Source: Pocillopora damicornis (lineage: Eukaryota). From it: a stretch of DNA of 64,000 nucleotides. The stretch is from positions 1,302,001 through 1,366,000 of the forward strand of contig NW_020845410.1 in assembly GCF_003704095.1 (NCBI RefSeq), given 5' to 3'. How positions within the stretch are numbered: the stretch's first letter is position 1; every line of letters begins with the position of its first letter. The notes beneath the pieces are model-generated. The model was not told the DNA's origin, did not search any database, and saw only the letters and a program-made list of their open reading frames with translations. The position numbers and the translations under genes are program-made. Of the stretch, positions 58,492 through 64,000 are shown piece by piece.

Positions 58492-60189
58492 TTTATGTCA
58501 GCTAAAATAGATTATTGACCAGTTTCCATTTCTGATTGCTACTTAAATCAAAAGTATCTATGAGTAAGTAATCGCGTGTTTCAGTTTCCAGACCTGTGTA
58601 TAAAAAGTTTACTTGACGTCATGGGACAGTAATCAATAACTGTTCGTATGGAGTGTTATCCGATAAAAGCTATGACTGTTTTTTAAGATTCTTCAATTAA
58701 GAGTGAAAACAAAATTATCACAGTAAAGCAATAACAAGTGACAAATTTCTAAACGTTAGACAATGTTACAGGCAGCCATTGTTAACGTGCAGGGAAACTT
58801 GGTCGGTGAGACTACACCGTGAAAATCAACCTGGTCAAAAGCAACAACGTTTAATCGCTACTGGAAGAAGAATTACATATAGAAAATTGAATATCCTCCA
58901 ATTTTACTCCGTTATTTCAACAGACCTTGATGTGCTTTTCGATTCAGTTGCGAGGTTTCTTTCCTCAAATAATGAAGTTTCAGAGAATTGGAGAAATCAT
59001 TTTTGTTCTAATTGATAGGACGTCGTTAACAAAGCAAGGAGCCTGTTTGATCAAGACAAGCTGGCAGTCTACCTGCTTACTCGCGCTTTTCTCCGAACCC
59101 CTAACTAATCAGGTGGTAAGGATTTACGTGAGAATATTTCTCCGGAAGTGTGGTCGAACGAGCATATCTGCGTCACGGAAGAACCACCCACGCACGTGCT
59201 GTTTTTCTGTTTTTGTTAATCCCATTTGTTTGTGACTGCTCTGTAGCTAGGCAACATCTATGATCTCGGCACTTGATCAAATTGATCAAAACTGATTCAT
59301 CGGTTCGGTTTGATCGATGTTCGACTGGCTGGGATCAGTGAAGACATGTGCAGGGAGGTCCTTGCGGATGAAACTCACATGTAAATAAAAACATCAACTT
59401 AACTTGATATCAAACTGAAAGATGGTTTTTTATTCAAAACAATTGAATGAGAATGTGGGTTGTGTAGCAATGAAAGTCATCACTTTTTAACAAAACTGAC
59501 CTGTTATTAAATTGAGCGATATCAGTGACTAAGTTAAAATTATCAAGCGACCTATATTTTGTTATTTCCTGGTTTAATATTTGTAGCACAGCACTCAGTG
59601 AGAGACCTTCAAGTCGCATTGAAGGAGGAAGACAAGGTTCTGTAATTATAAGTATGATCGATGCTTCAGTATGCAATAAGAAACTATGGGGTTGTAACAG
59701 GCAAGACCGAACTGAAAGGAACTGAAAATAGCTACAGCCTGATACCTTCACATACTGAAAAAGCTTTGCACAGTGCCTCGTGTGACGATTAATCGGTAAC
59801 GGAAACTATATTCTTTTGTGTGAAAAAGACACGTTCTCTCTTCTATTTTTAAGTTAAATATATGAGTGAAACTGTTGCATTGGATACGTTCAAAAAATCC
59901 GAAAATCAACACAGAAATACAAAACGGAACGAAAAAAAAGTCAAGCAACGATGCTATCGTTTCACAACACAAAGTGAATTAATTATTATAGAATGCTCTC
60001 CCCTGACACCTTGTCGTAACCAATAACAAGAGTTTTTCTCTTTTTAAACCATAAAATAAGGATAAGGAAGTCTTGTTTCACATCACGTAATCAAACGTTC
60101 CACACCATCGTGGCAAAGATGTACACCCGTTGAAATTTGGTTTTGAATTGGTAATTATCAGGCTAGGGGAATTCCACAGCTTTGTCTGT

Positions 60190-63100
60190 TTAGGCCACGA
60201 TATCCTGATGGATGTGGTTTGACTTTTGCGTCTTCTTGGCCCCGCAGTTCTTGAAGACTGCGTGAAATATGAGCATGAACAGCTCTAAGAACTCAGCTGC
60301 AGTCAGCACGGAGAAACCAATCCACAGATCCAACTGACCGCCAATGTCTGATACAAAATCTTCAATCTGTTAAAGGACAGAAACACTCGTTATCAATTTT
60401 CCAGGTTCGTCAACCTCAACGTTAAAAAAAAAATACTGGCATGTTTTATTAAGATTACCACATGACTACCTTTGACGACTGCTGTCAGAAGTAAGAATTC
60501 CTTATTTCGTCTAATTCATTAACATGCATACCTCATACGACCGCCGTTCCATTATCACTTCCAAGTTGAGTTCTTCGTAGAAGACTTGTAACTTGCAAAC
60601 ATTTTTTCTGTTTGATTTAAAAGAAAAGTTAAAAAAGACTACAACTATTTTAGAACTCATCAAAATAAATAAATTTTGACTGGATTTTAAGATTATTAAA
60701 TACGTTTAAATCATTCTGTAAAGTACCCCCTATCTCAACAGTTACTTCCTTAAAGTGGCTATCCTGGAGGAGCTTCGGTTATCGTTTGATATGAATATTA
60801 TTTACCTGTGAGATGATCCTCTCTTGGTGAACAAAATTTTATATTCCTTCTGCAGAGCCTTCTCGTAGATTGGCTATAAGTGGATCATAGCAAACTTATT
60901 AAGGGCTGAAGAACGTTATTATTGTTAATATCATCCAAAAAATGATCAGTAAACATAAGCTGTACCTCATACTTCTCCGATGGCCAAAGAGCAAACGAAG
61001 AACTAATTTTGTAGCCTTCTTCTCTGAAAACAAATTGAAGATCAGAGTATCAGGATATTTACATCAACAGTTTTAAGTTCTATACGTTATAAACACAACT
61101 TTCGCTGTGTTTCTTTTATCGGGCAGCTAAGGTATTAGGCGGGCGAAACATCTAAGAAGAGTACATCGTCAAACTCAACAATGGGAAATGTTAAGATGAC
61201 GGTATTTTTAATGTTGATAGTGTTCTCAGAGGAAGGAGGAAGAATGGAGAGGGGAGGCACCTCCTCCTTCTCTCTCAGTCCAGTGCAAAAAATGGGACAC
61301 AAAACGATCGAGAAGCGCAATCTATAGCATTCTTTTTCCAAGAGTGTCAGAAACGATAATTGCATTAAATTTTTTGTTTCAACTTGCCTTTTACGTTGTA
61401 GTTATAAGCAATAATTTTGTGCAGTAATTTGTCCCAAAAGAAAATTGTAACTCCTAAACATGTAAAATATCCTGAATTTTATGACTTGCTTTGGACATTT
61501 CTTGTAATTTTAGTTGTCTTTACCTGCAAGGTGGCGGACAGGATGTAGTACAATTCAAGTTGTTCTCTTTAAACATCTTCTGGACGTTGCTGAGACATTT
61601 GACTTTGGACAAAGGACAAAATTTTGTTGAAGTTAATAAGAGGTATTTGGAAAAACTACCAAAAAAAATATAACTTAAAAAATTTGTGTGAAGTCTTACG
61701 TGTTGATTTGTCGATGACGCTACAGATACCATACTTGGAACTTCCTGGAAATTGGTATTGCATACATCGACACTTTCTGAGCTGATTGTACGCCAAGCAG
61801 GATTTTCTACATGCCTGGGATGAATTTTAAGACAACGAATAGGATTAGAGGATTTTGGTGCTTAAACGAAAGAACGACAGACATATAGCGACAATATAAT
61901 AACGTAGACAACAGCAATGTACCGTTGAAGAGTATACTGCTCCAAAATGCTTTGTATACAAGTTAGTATCATCTTTGGTGACCTCCTTCAAACATCGCTT
62001 GCTCTGAAATGGATCCTCTCTCTTTATCACCTCCTATTAATAACAGAATAATTTTTTTACACAATTTTAGTTGGGTAAATTTCACTGATTTTAATTGTAA
62101 TCAGGTCTCTTATCGGAAACGAAAAACGCACTATAATGCCTCACTCTTAACGTGCGGCTTCGTTGCTCAGTTGGTTGGAATGCCCTCGGGTTCGTATCCT
62201 ATCGAGACCTGAAAATTTTCAGGCGTCTTATCTGTATTTGCTTGAACTACACTTTACACGTGAGGATCATTTCTTCACTTGATATTTCATTTATGTTTTA
62301 AATAACATTAAAAAATTAAGCTAAGACCGATGTACTTAGTTTCCCCAAATTCATTTTTGTGGGCGTGTGCTGTCCTTGAGATCATTGCCAACCGCAAAGA
62401 TCCTTCATTCCGACTTTGTTTACCAATGTCATTGCTGGCCGATCGGGCTGCTGAATTCCTTTACCTTCCTCATTCCAATCATGGTAGCGTATCCTGGAGC
62501 AAGACTCAGGCCCCTTTCCAGTGGAAATGGCATCTCACCATGAGGAGAGATATCAAGTTTAATTCCTGCCTCTGGACTCATTTGTCCCAAGTATTCTTCC
62601 TGTTCTATGTTAAGTTCCAAGATGAGTCCTAAAAAGTAGCATAAACATTCTTATCATTATTTGGAAATAATAGGCTGGTGAAATGATGCAAGTTCTGCAA
62701 CACCTGTCAGCGAGTTTCACAGGAGCTCGTAAATGTAAAGATATACACCATTCTTTAGCAAGATACTTCTTTACTCTCTGGTGGCACTTATAAACATTCG
62801 CGCCCGCTAATATGGTCGCCATCTTCACGTGCGCAGTCTGCAAATCAAGGATACTTGAAAGTACTTAAAAATTCACCAATGTCGTTAAGGCATTAATGAG
62901 AGAAAATGATAGTCAATCAATTTTTAAGGTTCCCTCAAATAATTCGTTTTCACTCCTCGCTTCCGTGCTGTCTTCGTGAATCAAATATGACAGCTTGAAT
63001 CCTCCTCAGTTGGTTTACTTCTTGCGTAAATGTACAGGTTGGAACCAGATGGTACCATATAGATAAGGAGATAAGGAAATCATTGACTTGACGTTACCAT

Positions 63101-64000
63101 GAGATGGTCCTGGTTTGTTGGATTTTAGGATTGGTGCGTCCTTCCCTGATTTCGTTTTTCCACTGTTAAATACGAAACAGTTGCCATACTTATAATGCCA
63201 AAACTTATTCCAAAAAACAGAAGAGAAATTCCTGAAACAAAAGGGGTAATGTGAATCTTATTTGGTCAGAGTGCAAACTGCGTTTTGCCTTCTCTGCCTG
63301 TTAGTTTTGCTCTGAGGATTGGTAAAATCATTTTTGCCTTGAAGAACTTAACTGAAACAATTTTTCTGAAGTTCGAAATGTAGGTAGAAGAATATGCGTA
63401 ATAGTTCTAGGCTAAATATCTTTTTGAAGTTCTCGAACGTTTTGCCAATATCAAAGTCTTCTATTACGAAAATGATATTAGGGCAATTTTCAGTTGACTG
63501 TCGAAAAACAAAAACCAAATTGAACACAACTACCTCTCAGAACAAAGGTCGAAGTCATCATTTACCAATGGTGACCTGCTAGAGGCGCGGGAAAAAGTAA
63601 GCGGTCAAGTTGGGACTGGTATTAGCTTTGTATTTGATTATCTTGATTGGTTAAGATAGTGGCGTCAATTTTCTAGACCAATCACGGAGCGAAGTGAAGT
63701 AAACTGAACCAGCAATCCAGGATGGCTTTCGAAACTCAATTGCAAATTGCTCTTTAACGTAAGAGAAAACAGCTAACGTACAACTTACTTGCATGGAACA
63801 CCCCTGTAAGTGCAGGACAAAACCATATCGTCAAATTGGTGACCTATCATGCTTAAAAGTCTAAGATCTTCCTTAGCCATAAGAACCGCTAGCTGCTCAT
63901 TTTTTAAAAAGGTTGGGTCTTTCTTAAACGGATCTTGAAACTCTTCGTCGTCATCCCAAGAAAGGTTCCCGTCATCATCGTCATCAGAATCATAACTTGA
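60190..64000 (-). CDS. DEG/ENaC channel subunit B (5' part outside window); exons >64000-63789, 63231-63098, 62628-62465, 62033-61923, 61814-61700, 61602-61524, 61023-60966, 60873-60806, 60607-60532, 60366-60190
   Basis: Same intron positions as subunit A; GHQFDDMVLSCTYRG, YGNCFVFN, GPSHGL, CPPPC, FYEELN, TM2 SDIGGQLDLWIGFS. Confidence 0.94.
62154..62292 (+). mobile_element. Degenerate tRNA-derived SINE
   Basis: A-box TTGCTCAGTTGG, B-box GGTTCGTATCC, followed by CCTGAAAATTTTCAGG hairpin. Confidence 0.65.
63480..63754. mobile_element. MITE with about 27-bp imperfect terminal inverted repeats
   Basis: AGGGCAATTTTCAGTTGACTGTCGAAA ... TTTCGAAACTCAATTGCAAATTGCTCT; internal CCAATCAC(G/A)GAGCG motif also near 37418. 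Confidence 0.7.

Noticed and set aside
54600-60100. Short ORFs in the spacer between the DEG/ENaC genes
   Set aside because: No recognisable domains or splice-consistent structure; treated as intergenic

Overview
AT-rich, intron-containing animal DNA. Gene content and repeat types suggest an anthozoan cnidarian such as a stony coral (inference); there are no prokaryotic features and two 100-N scaffold gaps. 3.6-26.8 kb is a tandem array of intronless class A GPCRs: 6 complete ORFs, 2 genes split by the gaps, 1 pseudogene and 2 remnants. They share Asp3.32, lack the TM3-ECL2 disulfide and mostly end in a D-T-x-L/F PDZ ligand. Next come KXD1 (-) head-to-head with FAN1 (+, 11 exons), a RING-CH/MARCH E3 ligase, a GT31 beta-1,3-glycosyltransferase, a BHMT-family gene (9 exons) and two tandem DEG/ENaC channel genes (-). 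The most unusual signal is a set of short fold-back insertions with target-site duplications that carry minimal hammerhead ribozyme motifs (two families), one lying next to a decayed Penelope-like RT fragment. Also notable: fold-back elements built on a tRNA-like cloverleaf, a Gly-to-Asp change in the TM2 pore of one DEG/ENaC, and evidence that contig 7914-11278 is mis-oriented. Exon coordinates were read by hand from splice sites and reading frame.
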